From Tubulanus polymorphus (Eukaryota > Animalia > Nemertea): 64,000 nt of DNA. The notes beneath the pieces were generated by a model. The model worked only from the letters and a program-made list of their open reading frames with translations, ran no database searches and was not told the DNA's origin. The stretch is from assembly GCF_964204645.1 (NCBI RefSeq), contig NW_027437450.1:42001-106000 (forward strand). Direction: 5' to 3'. The position numbers and the translations under genes were made by a program. Below, one piece after another: positions 26,483 to 39,263 of the stretch. Within the stretch, counting starts at the first letter, position 1; every line of letters starts with the position of its first letter.

Positions 26483-27850
26483 ATGAAACTAACATTTCCA
26501 TCGCCGCCGCTGTTGATGTCACTGCCGCTGCTTATCGTGTTGTTCAGGTTTCCTGTCGCACTAGGTACGTTCACAACAAACAAAAATGCAAAAATGCAAA
26601 TTAAAAAAGAATAAAAAATAATAATTCAAAAGAATTTAAAGGATAAAATACAAAACTAATTTGTAGATAGTGGGTTTTTATCTTATTGGCATAAGAGGTC
26701 TTCACGTGAACACTTAGTCTATTTGATACTTGCCATATAATAACAACGTACGGAAAAACAGAAAGTTCACGAACTTGCAGGGTCTGTCATTGTCCGTGTT
26801 TGATCATCAATATGACTTCGTTACCCGTAACAGTACACGACTGTTAGACCTCTTTCCTTGAGAGGACACTAACTAAAATGTATTCTTCCAGACTTCCTAT
26901 TGTAAAAACGACTATCCGTTCTCAATTTCAGGTGCAAAGACAAACGAGGAGGCGCCGCATCGCGCTCAAGTATTGATCCTAGGCGCAGGCGCTGCCGGTA
27001 ATTCAGCCACTAAATATATACACGATCACGGAGTCAAAGACTTCGTTATCATTGACGCCGAGAACCGAATCGGGGGCAGAGTGAAAGCTTCCGAGTTCGG
27101 TGGTAAGATAGTCGACCCGCTGTGGGATTTGGCCAAAAATTTGACGACTCTATCTCAACGAAACGATAACGCGGGTTAGTTATGACGGTCAAGGTGTCAA
27201 GGTCAAGACTAAGTCCGGAAAGACCTTCAGCGGTGACTACGCGATCTGTACGTTCAGTATCGGAGTCATGCAAAGCGACGCCGTCAAATTCGTACCCAGA
27301 TTTCCCGAAAATAAGCAAATGGCATTTAACGATGGGAACCTACACGAAAATATTCATGCGATTTAACGCCTCTGCGCAACGATTCTGGGACGATGAAGAA
27401 TATATTCTGTACGCACATCCGACCAGAGGTTACTACGCGATGTGGCAGAATCTGGAAGCCGTAGGTCTCCATCCGGCTGGTACGAATATACTTCTAGTAT
27501 CTGTATTCGACGACGAGGCCGATCGAGTATCCCGTCTGCCCGTAGCGACTGTTAAAGCTGAGTTAACCGCCGTATTGAGAAGCATGTACGGAGCGCAGGT
27601 GCCCGAACCCGTTGAGATCCTGGTACACGACTGGCATACTAGCCCTCTCTATTACGGCTCCTTCTCCAACTGGCCCCCGTGGATGTCCGCTGATACGCAC
27701 GCTCTGATGGGCGCTTCTTTAAATCATACGTTGTATTTCGCGGGTGAAGCGTACTCGGCCGGATATTATGGTTATCTTCACGGAGCCATGCATTCCGGAA
27801 ACCAGACAGCGCAACAGATCATCTCCTCAATGGGACTAAAATCAGCGTGA
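26483..27850 (+). pseudogene. Flavin-containing polyamine oxidase (PAO-like), internally deleted and frameshifted
   Basis: Signal-peptide exon 26483-26564 (MKLTFPSPPLLMSLPLLIVLFRFPVAL), intron to 26931, then the FAD motif VLILGAGAAG...IDAENRIGGRV. From ~27146 a second frame reads RLYLNETITRVSYDGQGVKVKTKSGKTFSGDYAICTFSIGVMQSDAVKFVP. From ~27332 a third frame reads MGTYTKIF...LYFAGEAYS...GYLHGAMHSG. The intervening middle region is missing. Confidence 0.85.
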
Positions 27851-28732
27851 ACCTCCAACTCTGACACAACTTATCACATTCTCACATTCCTATTCATATT
27901 CTATTCAGTAAATCTAAAGGTGAATTAAGAAACCCTAGTTTTTTGTTATTTATTTATGAATTCTAGTATTTGTCGAGAGGCAACTTCCGAGCGCTAGTGA
28001 GCTGTCAATCAAACTACACATTATAGTTTATCTACATCAATTCAAAAATTGATAATTTCCTTAGAAGTGTGATTGCCTTGGCTTGACATAGGTTTTTGAG
28101 AAGAATCAATTGAACTTGAACTGATCTTAACCTTTCGGAAAGTTGCCGCGCATGCGCAGTGGTTTCCACCGCATCAATACGGTCACAGGCAAAAGCGAAG
28201 CCGTTTCATCCCTTGTTATTTTAATATAGTAAGGCGTCGCGCCCGCTGATACTGATCCTTAACAGCTAATTGTTTATCGAAACTCTACAGTGGATAAATA
28301 AACAACATCAACAAGAGGTATTTCTGTGATATTTTGAATTTATTTGCAGTTTAAATTTAGCGCCATTCTCGCGAGATTATCAACAACCCGGAAGTAAAAT
28401 CCAAGCCAGTTTACAAGCCCCTGTGGTAGAAGCTGCTCGCGAGCAACAAATTGTTGTGAAAAGGAAACTTAGTTTAGGTTTATATATCGAGCTTAGTTTT
28501 AAACAGATGTACCCTCATTACAGCAGAAATAGGCTCTATAACTTGTGATGAGTGATTCGTGTTTGAATCCGAGTTAAACAATGAAAATTTTGATTGATTT
28601 CGTTGATCGAAATGGGTATGAATCCTTTTGTTCGCAGTTCTGCGCGAACTGCATTATAACATATTTATATATCTATCTAATTATGTATAAAACTAAGTGT
28701 TATGTTATGTTATAATTCCAATGTAAATAAAG

Positions 28733-28775
<43 letters not shown>
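28733..28775. repeat. (ATT)n microsatellite
   Basis: Directly visible. Confidence 0.9.
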
Positions 28776-28778
<3 letters not shown>

Positions 28779-29726
28779 ATTTTGCCATACATTAAACTTG
28801 ACCCAAAAATTCAAATTAATGGTCCAATCGTTACCCGATGCACGAGTTTATCAGACGGTTTATTGATGGCTACTGAAAAAATTCCTGGACGATAATTCCT
28901 GGACGGTAAATGAATTTTTTGGTTGTTCGTTTGTTTGCATGCGCTCCGATGATTAATAACCGACCACGACAGCAATCACAACGTGGTTTGAAAGCAGCCT
29001 CCGTAGGTCAAGGTCAGGGGTATCATCGGGACTGCTGTTTCGACTTCCCATTTGATAGAAATTCATCGAGCTCAGGAAAAACAAATTTGCAAATTTCCAG
29101 ACGCGAAATGGAGCCTGACACTGGTGGTTCAAAACGTTGTCGCTTAAACGCGTGACTCAATTGAATAAGTTCATGTTCTCCTTTTTTCCATCGAAAAAAG
29201 GGGATGAACCTCGATTTTAATCGATTCGATTCGTCGGAAACAAAAAATAGGGGTTCGATTCTCGAAAATCGATCGGAAATCGAAGCACGTACAGCTGGAT
29301 GGAATGGTTCTGGATATTCAAAGTTATGCCGCGGCTTTAGTAGTGAATATATATAGTTTGAGTTCATCTCATATTGTTGCATCAAACCACGAAATAGAAT
29401 ATATATATATGGAATATATATATATATATATATACATATTTCTGCGCGTGATTTCAAAAATAATACACGACGAGAAAGTTCACAGTTCGTCTGTAATTTG
29501 CGTGTTGCTGCATAAAGCCGACAGATTCGAAGCGCGTTCAACAACCATGTATGGAAAGAACAGGGAGTGTCAATCTGAAGAGGATACCAATCTTCAGACG
29601 TAAGACAGACAGAGATGTGTAGCGCGGAGAGATATCGTAAACTCGATGCTACATAGAACTGAATCAGTTGATTCGAAGGAGGAAAACTTCAAGTTATTTC
29701 TCAAACGCTCGTGAGATTTATATACG

Positions 29727-30950
29727 ATGAGAAACTTTACGTTACCTCCGCTACCGCTGCCACCGCTGCCACCTCCGACGCGGCCGCCACCTCCGCCACG
29801 GCCACAACAGCCGCAGTTTATCCTGGCTTTCGTACATTTTCTCCGTGATTACGATGTTTATAGACGCATTGATTTCACTGAAGTATTGCTCCTGTATCCG
29901 CTGGGAAGCGTGCTCAACTTTCTGACGATCATTTTACTGATAAAGTGTCGCAGATATCAGTCGGTTCGTTACACGTTCCCTTATCTCATAACAATAGCGT
30001 TTTCGGATCAACTTGTCGTGTTGTTTGGTTTAAGAAAATTCGCTTACATCATGGTAATAACTATAATCCATGGACTAGGATATTATCCGGAATGCAAGAG
30101 TTTTCCTAGGAGGATAAATGCCATCGCATCATGTCCATCGATTTATCATTATTGGTATTATTTCTATCGTGTAATTGAACAGAATATTCCGATATGTTAT
30201 ATCGAGTATTTGCTTAAAAGTCAAGCGATCACTGTGTCTAATTATATCATCGTTGTGATTTCTATCGAGAGATTTCTCTCCGTTCGTTTTCCATTTTTCC
30301 ACATGAAACATTTCACAGTAACTCGCCGTAGATATGCCGTAATAATTGTAATCGTTTTTGCACTAATTTTGAACTTGGATTTACCGATATCTAATCGAAT
30401 TAGGGTATCAAATATTGGCTACTTCAAGTTCTTATGTGGTGGTGGTTATCCAGACAACACCCTCATAATTCGTACATACAGATCTGTTGCGGTATTTATT
30501 CGTGATATAGTCCCGACTTTAATTGTAGTAACAACATCAGTGGCAACTGCTAGAATTCGCCGGGGAGGTAAAACACGTATTGACGCCTCAGATGGCAACA
30601 GTCGTCATAAAACTGAAACCAGTAAAACACTTCTACTAATAGTTCTTGTTTATCTGGTACTAGTAATGCCATACGCTATATGTGACTGTTGGCACAAGTT
30701 GCAACAGTTGATTATCTCGTTAGTGCGTCGAATTAATGGCTTCAGAATCACTGAATATAAAAACCCAATCCTCCACTTCTATTCAATGATGCTGTGGCCA
30801 TTTTTAACCAAGTTGTTTACGATTCCTCGACAGAGCGTTTTCTGCGTGAATTTCTTTATATACGTTACAACGTTGAGAGTTTTCCGACACAAACTTGTCG
30901 GTGTTTTCCGCTGTAACTGTCGCCGAACGATTCCGAGTCAGTCCCAGTAG
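29727..30950 (+). CDS. Intronless class A GPCR, 407 aa, FMRFamide/sex-peptide-receptor-like orphan with polyproline N-terminus
   Basis: TM1 GSVLN, TM2 IAFSD, TM3 ISIERFLSVRFP, TM6 MPYA, TM7 VNFFIY, helix 8 FRHKL. Confidence 0.92.
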   Translation: MRNFTLPPLPLPPLPPPTRPPPPPRPQQPQFILAFVHFLRDYDVYRRIDFTEVLLLYPLGSVLNFLTIILLIKCRRYQSVRYTFPYLITIAFSDQLVVLFGLRKFAYIMVITIIHGLGYYPECKSFPRRINAIASCPSIYHYWYYFYRVIEQNIPICYIEYLLKSQAITVSNYIIVVISIERFLSVRFPFFHMKHFTVTRRRYAVIIVIVFALILNLDLPISNRIRVSNIGYFKFLCGGGYPDNTLIIRTYRSVAVFIRDIVPTLIVVTTSVATARIRRGGKTRIDASDGNSRHKTETSKTLLLIVLVYLVLVMPYAICDCWHKLQQLIISLVRRINGFRITEYKNPILHFYSMMLWPFLTKLFTIPRQSVFCVNFFIYVTTLRVFRHKLVGVFRCNCRRTIPSQSQ

Positions 30951-31831
30951 TTCAGTTAGTTCAATTAATGCGTGATGCTGTTTTATTCGCTATCATTCAG
31001 TGCTGAGTGACAAGCGGGTTCGAGTCCTGCTGACTCCTTGAGGTGTACTTGGCCTTGGTCCTTCCGTGAGAATAAATCGTGGTCAATAAAAACCCCAACA
31101 GGTTTTCTGTTGGGTGAAGGTAAGCCCAGATCCGAACGACGTAATGCTGTATAAACGATATTTTGTACGACTAAAAATATACCGGTACCCGTGTACCAAT
31201 AATCAATTTTCTTCGCTTGATATTTAATGTTGCGATGATAGAAATTTTAATGAGAAAACTAACTAAGTTTTATTGAAGCCTTGAACGATAGAATACATTG
31301 CTTAATATTGTCGATAATGTTAACTGACCGACAATGTTAAGACCGGGAAGATGGGATACCAGGATTCAAATGCATCTGTATTCAGATTTCACTGGCCACG
31401 TTTTGGAAGTAGATTATCGATATTCAATGCCGTCCTTATTGCCATCGAAATTCATTTTAAAGAAAACACCAGGTTGAAAATGACTAATTACAAATAGTCA
31501 GTTTCTATGATACTATTTTGATGTAACACCACCGACAACACCGTATCAGACTTAGTGATTATCGGTTCGAATGATCGAATGTTGATTCCCAGAAGTCGTA
31601 GCCCAGAATGCCGTTCCACAGAGTTCCACGAGTTGAAATTAGTTCATTTTCAATGAAACTCGGAGTCAAATCTTAACTCAAAACAGTACTGTGGAACTGG
31701 GTTCGTTAACAAGAAGTAGATTCAACCACTCATAAGACAGTGGCGCCATCTGACGATTAAGTTATGTGACTACTTCATTGTTTAAACTAGATCCCTTGTT
31801 AGATGATATTACTATTATCAGTATTACTATT

Positions 31832-31897
31832 ACTGAGTCTACTGTCGAACTGAGTCTACTGTCGAACTGTGTCTACTGTCGAACTGAGTCTACTGTC
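31832..31897. repeat. 17 bp tandem repeat actgagtctactgtcga, ~4 copies
   Basis: Directly visible. Confidence 0.85.
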
Positions 31898-31943
31898 CAG
31901 AAAAAGTTGATATTTGACATGTAGGCCTACTTAGAATCGACGG

Positions 31944-32478
31944 TTATTTGTCTGAATTTCTACAGCGGATTTTCGCACAGAAATATTCGCGAATTTCTCG
32001 TCCTAGTAAAAGATATATGTAGAAATTGACCGCGTAGCTACAAACATGGATTTGATTGAAAATGTCATAAAGAAATTCTCGCTGTTCCGGCGAGACTCGT
32101 AAAAATGCGGTGATAGTGGTTGGAAGCGTGAACACCGCAAATGCGAGTGAAACTGTTACAAGCATTATTGTCGTACGTTTTGATCTCGTAGTTTTCTGAT
32201 CGGACGAAACCATTTTCGACCCTCTAAATAACTGAACTATTATAGCGGAATTTGATGTTAGAATGAAAAATAACGGTACGATATGAATGTGAACGACAGT
32301 TACGGTGAAAACGATCATTTGGTCGGAGAGTTCGTAGTAACATCCACTAAACTGATCGGAAACGTACATCGACAAAATAGGTGTGAGGTATAGGACCATT
32401 ACATTCATTGCAATAATTAAGAATATAACAAATCTAGCGAATTTAGGTGTACATATCAAACGAGATGTGAACGGCAAG
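31944..32478 (-). pseudogene. 5'-truncated GPCR fragment (TM4-TM7), frame still open
   Basis: 177-codon open frame homologous to the 318 aa GPCR. It is truncated at the same junction as the 15093 copy, has no TM1-3 and has no ATG at the junction. Confidence 0.85.
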
Positions 32479-35101
32479 AAATGACGTATTTCGGTCTCAG
32501 AAAGGTCATTATCCGATTTTTCTTATGATACTGGGCCTTTTGGCGATACATATAATAATAATACTATTAATAGTAATAATAATTTATTCAGCATAAAATC
32601 CATATAAAATATGCTCATTGGCTTTACATCATATATAAAAAGAGAACATAGAAGCAGAGAAAACTAAAACGAATTTAGTTAAAAGCTTTCGATGGGTTTT
32701 GAACTTAGATTTAACATCGATTGAGGGATTAGATTCAATTGGACTAGGTAAAGTATTTCAGAGTACTGAGGCAGAGTACAGGAAACATTGAGGAAATTTG
32801 ATCGATGCATCTTCGAAATTTCCATTGAAAACTTGATTTCTGGGAACAACGTGGCCACAAGTCGGCCATCTTGAATTTTGTGTGTAAAGATACCTATATC
32901 AACTGAATATCAAGACAATCCACCAAAGCGTCTACAAAACTTCCCAAATTGACTGGATTCCGTCTACAGATGAACGAACAGTAACGAAAAGTGAACGCAA
33001 TTTCCCGCTTGGACTTTTAAGTCCCTAATGGACTAAAAAGCGATGTATTTAATTTTGAACTCCTTCCACCCTCTTCGCTCGCATCTCCCCCTTTAAACAG
33101 CATAAAGATCGCCAAAAACACACGAATGAAGATTAGTTGAATGTTGAAAGGGGGTATGACGATAGGGATTTCAATTTTGTAACATATTTCTATAGAACAT
33201 TGATTTCAACATCAAAATCGTTGACGTTGCACAATATATAAAATAGCATATACTTTTGCAGCGAACTTCGATATTTCATCACCTGCTCTGCTTGGGATTG
33301 GAATTTTCGAAAATAACAATGGTAAAAACTCTCGGAAGCTATATTTGATTACCGGGTCTCGGTCGACTAGGTCTTTGATGAAATAACGTTATTATATTTG
33401 CACCCAAACAGTCTGTTAAAATACGCAACGTTATTTACAGACGGTACATTTTGTATATAACCACAAGCATCAGAGGCGCAGACGACATCGAACACACAGC
33501 GACGTGAACAGTCATCAAACCGTAAGTAATGAATCAGGGAGGAAATGTTTGCAGAAAATTGTTCAAGCGAATGATTTGGTTTAATTTATTTCGGTGACTT
33601 TAAGGTTTACCGCGGTATGATCACGACTACCGAATATCGAGCATTACTATATGTTTTGAGTATTAATCAAAAAGCTGCTTGTTCGGAAAAACATGCACTC
33701 TTTGTAAGCTCTTTGTTCACTTTGTAAAACATGCACTCTTTACGAGAAATTTGTAGAGGCGTTTTTGTTTATAAAGTCTCTTAGAGTTTAAAAGCTTTTA
33801 ACAGATTTCTTTCATGATTTTTTAATTAAAAGTTGTGATCAAGATACATTCATCAGAGCTTATCTTTGAATGTGGTCTTGGACATGTGGCTGATCAAAGT
33901 GGGTTTGGGTTAAAAAGAATATGACAGTTATTCTAATTGATACGTCAACTATTGAAATCTTGGGAGACTACCATAGTCATTGGGTTGGTGCGCGAGCTAA
34001 GACGGGTCAGTGGAGACTGGGATTGGCTACGAATGTCGTGGTTGTGATATTCACGGAGCCTCCCCTGTTGCGTGAAATCATCGATATGTGGTCGGTGAGA
34101 TCGAATTCAGTAACTGATTTGGGAAAATACCATTATGTAGAAAAAGTAGGACCGTTTTGAGGCCGCGCCGAGCTTTATTGAGGATGAGTTCTATTTCAAG
34201 AAAAAAGGCACTTTTTCACCAGGAAAAATAACACTTTCCTTAATACCATAAGCGGGGATCTTGAAATGATTTCTCGAGTACTTGAATAAGTCATTTGTGA
34301 ATGGATTCTTTTCACTTTTTTTTCATTTTCCAAAATAAAACGTGAAAATTGTAAACACATTTTGACGAAAAAGATCTTGACCCGAATTTTTTTTCACACT
34401 GACTTTTGAAGGGCACTATGAAAATTTTAGGGTTCGTTCACTACCACTGAACACCCTCGATACACGGGAAACACCCTTAACACGGTCTCTTCTCTACGTC
34501 TGAACCATCCTCGCTTGCCAGGGTTTGATTGCCTCACGGCTTAGGGGCCACCAGTCTTGGATTAAGCCAATGATATGCGATGGTTTTCACCGGCAGATTC
34601 GCTACGCATCCCTGATTGGGTACATAGACTGGTGGCCGCTTAGCGGTTCGACGGTTCCTGGCTGACAAGAGCGCACTTTTAATAACAATAACGATTTCAC
34701 GCGGGGACAATACATATCTCAATTATCTGTCGGTTATTGATAAATGCCAAAACACCGGAGTGGTACCTGCAGCGAGTGAGGGTGACATCTGACGCCCATT
34801 TCATTTTTTTCATATGATAGATTATTCAATGATTCGACTGGCGTGTTTCAGTGGATTTAAGCATCGGAAAACGAATGAAATATCCAAACGTTTGATTTTA
34901 CAATATTTTGTATTTATGAACATCATTATCATTATTAAGTATCTTAATCGCCTTTGCGGCCGATCACATGTGCGTTCATCATAGGAATCGGGCCTTAAAC
35001 AGGGTGAATATAGGTTGCCGTAGAATTCGCCAGTTAATTTCTTAATGATTCATATAGGTATCATTTGATTTAGTGAAAAGTTACTGAACGCTATCACCAC
35101 G

Positions 35102-35920
35102 ATGAAGTCGATCATTGCATTATTATGTAAGTAATTCGTTATAATACTGTAATTCCATGAGTATCTCACGACTTTTTCACGATATACAATGGATGGTTTT
35201 TCCCTAATTTTATGTATGTTTTTCAAGTCGTAGCGGTTGTTGGTGTCGCATTTGCGCGTTACACGGTCGAACAGTACCAGACAATGTGTAGTCAACATTG
35301 CGATAGAGAATCGGGAAGGGTCACCGACCTGACTGAGAGAGCAAGGCTTTTACAAACTTGTAAAAGGTAAGTTAAATTTTCTAGTGATCAGTAAAATATT
35401 CTTGCCGTATAATCACTCAGCGTGTTCATCCTACGTACGCGGGCGGCAAACAAACCCCGGCAAGCGAGGGTATGTTGTACCTAGAGGTACGTATAGATCC
35501 AATAGCTAAATGATCTCCAGATATCGTTTTGAATCTCGTCCAGGTTCAGTAGGCAATTTTTACAAAATCACGTCACTGAAAAAAAAAATTGTAAGTGCCT
35601 AGTTCTGTCGCTAGGTGGCGAATTTGGGCCATTCAAGTTTCATCGAGATCCACACACCATAAACGAAGCTAAGCATCCGAACCAATAACGCGTCTATTGA
35701 TATCTAGCTCTAGCTTAAATCTATATTTGGGGGAGGGACTCAAGTTGTAGAGGATGTTTGAATGAAAGAGATAACTAATCTTTGCATTTTCATTTTCAGC
35801 CATTGTGAGATTACCGCAATGTGTTTAAGATCAAAGTGCGGCGGATCGATTCAATCTGCAGAGGATGTGTGTTTCGTGAACTGCCAGCGTGCTGCTGCGC
35901 AAGCTTGCATGACTTCGTAA
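35102..35920 (+). CDS. Secreted 9-Cys peptide, subfamily C copy 3 (C3), 94 aa
   Basis: Exons 35102-35126, 35228-35366 and 35800-35920. Mature region: RYTVEQYQTMCSQHCDRESGRVTDLTERARLLQTCKSHCEITAMCLRSKCGGSIQSAEDVCFVNCQRAAAQACMTS*. Confidence 0.88.
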
Positions 35921-37553
35921 ATAAACGTATTCTGCAAATCTAACACAATTGACAGCCTGTTTCTCGTATATTTTGACTAGGGATGAATTTATGTTTTGAA
36001 ATCCTCCAACAGTAGTTTGGAATGTTAGGAGTGAAATGTTTCATCTGCCCGAAGCTGAGGGCTCTGCTTCGTTGGCTGCCGGGTTGTTCGGCATCGATAG
36101 AAAAATTGGATCCGTTGTCATTTTTACAAAAATCGACTGCTCGGCTGTTTTGCATTCTCGTGTTTAACAATTTTCCAGGCGCCATGTTTTTTTTGCTACC
36201 CGCTGGGTCCGCATGGTTGGATTTTCTTTCATATACCAATATCAAACACGCCGATATACTGACCTTTAACTCCGGGTTAAAAGGTAAAAAAAAAACAACA
36301 ACATAACCTTGTACTTACGTTAAAGTTTGACAATTGCATGCGATCAATAATAGTTTTACCTGTACCTAAAGAAATTCTCAACTCAACAGTTGTTATTTTC
36401 ACGATTAGTGTAAAACTATTTTTTTTTACAAACTGATAGAATATGGTTCTTGATCACTCCAGACAATTTTCAACTACATTCCAAAGTTATCGTACTGGTT
36501 TACTGATTTACAAGTGCGACTGAGCCAGAATTGTTCGCAATAAAGATACTCTAATTCACACTTGTTGTGGATTCGACCAGGATGACACAACTTCACGCGA
36601 GACATGACACAAAAAACATTGTTAAAAAAGCTCAAAACGTTTTTCAAAATGTTTTTCGGCGTGCTTTTGATTAAGAATATCTATTGCATTTTGCAAAACG
36701 ACCCGGCCGCTTAGGAGAAACGATGTATCATTTTCTAAGCCTAATGGTACGACTATGCTGGAGATATGCGAAATTGAAAGTATGTCGCTATTCCTCATAA
36801 AGAACGTCGGTCTACGATTCAAGATGAGTTGAATGTAATGAGTGGAGGATGACGATAGGGATTTCAATTTTGTAATATGAACGGTTTGATAAGATATTGA
36901 TTTCAATATTTCATTCGGTTTTGTTTTTTTAGAAAATATGAAATTAAGCATATTTTCCAATGAAGTTTAATTTTCGCCACCTGCCCCGCTTAGGATTCGA
37001 ATTTCCGTACTTCCTCATCGTAACGCTATTGAAAGTGGTATTTGATTACCAGATCGGTGGGTACGTTCTCCGGAGAGAGTATATTATTGATTTACACTCT
37101 AACAGTCATCAGAGGCGCAGACGACAGCGAACATACAGAACTTTGTACGTCGGTAAACCGTAAGTAACGTTTTCGTAGTCCCCGGTAAAGTCTGTGGTTT
37201 AGCTACACGATCAGGTATTTTCACAAACACAAGACCGTCAGATTATAAAAGCTTACCACCAACGATTGGGTAACTATCCAATGTTTTCGGATGTTGAGGC
37301 TAGAAATATTTTCAAAAGCTATGTGCGGTACTTTTGTCTGAAATCATCGAAAACTGTATTTGAATTACTTGTATGGCCGCGATGAGGACTGATGCAGCAA
37401 CCGACGCGGTCACATGACGTCACGTGTGTTTATTCTAAAAATAAGGCTTAAAATACGCTGATTGTAGGTTTTCATAGAAATTAGCAGTTTACTTCTTTAT
37501 GATTTATCGTTTGGTGTCACTGCAGATTTAACATATCGAACGCTATCGCCACG

Positions 37554-38667
37554 ATGAAGTCGGTCATCGCATTTTTGTGTAAGTATTTTATATTATAGAA
37601 ATACTGCGATTGCGTGAGTAATTCTTGACTAACTCCTATTTTGTGATAACCTGTGGTTGGATTTTTTTCAAGTTGTCGCAGTTCTCGGCGTCACGTTCGC
37701 GAGTTACACGGCCGAATATTACCTGAAAACGTGTAAACAATATTGCGTCACTGAAACAAATAAAATTTCTAATCGCAGATGGAGGAAGGTGCTGTTACGA
37801 CAGTGTAAAGGGTACGTTAAGTTTTTTAGTCGGCATTTAGTAAAATATCTCAGACGTGATCGGGTGTACACCGCTTTAATCGCTAATTCCTTATGAGGCA
37901 AGCCATAGGCAACAACGGTTACCGGGCTTAGACTCGAACCCCGACATTCCCATGCGTTAGTTCCCGTAGTATATTTGTATTTTGTATCTAGGGCCAGTAG
38001 CTAACTATTTTTGAGATGGCGTTTTGAATTTCGATCCGTCTGCAATGTCGGTCGCTGAAAAATAAAGTTTTAAATGCCTTTTACTGCTGCTAGGTGGCGC
38101 GCTGGGTCCATCCAAGGGTAAATACATCAAATTAGATGTAGATGTATATGAATTGTAAATATGTATCTTAAATAGTATATTATGTACATAAGTGTGAGCC
38201 CAGTTTCTTAAGTTTCAAAGGCTTTAATGACCGTTTACATAATTAATTGCAAATACTGTTTTTGTCCTCCATGGAAATGGTTGTAGTGTAATAAATATTC
38301 GTAGTATCATCAGCATCGACCCCACTATTAACGACGCTAAAGCAACTGAAAGACAGACAAGACGGACGGACAGTACATATAATAAGGGTCACAAACAAGC
38401 CCGAAAACTATTAACGCATCTATCGATATCTAGTTCTAAATTCTGGCTTTATATAAAGTAATTTGCGCAAAAATAATTTGTCTATAGATTTAGATGATGT
38501 TGAATGAGATTTCTAATCACTGAATTTATATTTCCAGCGTGTGTAAGACCATCGCTCATTGTGTTACGTTAAACTGTCCGGTAGTGATGCAGACCCAATC
38601 TGAAATGGATAAATGTATGGTGGATTGTCGGCGTATTATAGCACAGGCACTTGGATATGGGCTTTGA
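37554..38667 (+). CDS. Secreted 8-Cys peptide, subfamily A copy 3 (A3), 97 aa, C-terminus supplied by an inserted MITE
   Basis: Exons 37554-37578, 37673-37811 and 38538-38667. Mature region: SYTAEYYLKTCKQYCVTETNKISNRRWRKVLLRQCKGVCKTIAHCVTLNCPVVMQTQSEMDKCMVDCRRIIAQALGYGL*. The original end (ATT ATG TCC ACA TTT TGA) resumes at 39264, after the insertion. Confidence 0.8.
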
Positions 38668-39263
38668 CCTTGTTGGTGTGTGAAAAATGATACAATTTAT
38701 CGTAATCTACGATAAAAACACCAATGGGGTTGCCATCTTAATTATCCATGATGCGACTGTTTTACCCATGATCCAATGCGCATCTCTCATCTAACTATAC
38801 TATAAAGAAAGGCTGGAAACGCTCCTATCTCTGTAATGCTTAAATCTACCCGCAAATATCGGGACAGATGACGTCCGAACAGGCATCGCGAATTTTCAAA
38901 AATCAATTTTGTTGCCAGTTAAAATCTTTAATGGAGCTAAAACAGTGTCAATGTTTCCAAAAAATCATCTACAATTGAAATTATGGGCGCTCCTTATATT
39001 TCAGGATTAAAATTGACACTAAGGACGTACTTCGGCAATCATCGGCAGTGTTCGGCTGTCCCGATAATTGCGGGTAGATTTAAGCATTACGGAGATAGGA
39101 TCGTTTCCAGCCTTTCTGTATAGTATAGTTAAACGACGGGCGCGCGTTGCATCCTGGGTAAAATATTATAAAACATGGCGGATTGTCGAAGTAGGAACAA
39201 CGTATCGCCGGTGAATTATAAAATATTTAATCCATTATCAAAGCCCATATTCAAGTACCTGTG
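38642..39263. mobile_element. 622 bp non-autonomous DNA transposon inserted in the last exon of A3
   Basis: 26 bp TIRs (cacaggcacttggatatgggctttga / tcaaagcccatattcaagtacctgtg, 2 mismatches) and ~75 bp internal inverted repeats (~38794-38868 vs ~39056-39128). Absent from A1 and A2. Confidence 0.85.

Noticed and set aside
31005-31040. B-box-like ggttcgagtcc (similar motifs near 1685 and 48342) as tRNA genes
   Set aside because: No cloverleaf could be built; these are at most SINE remnants.
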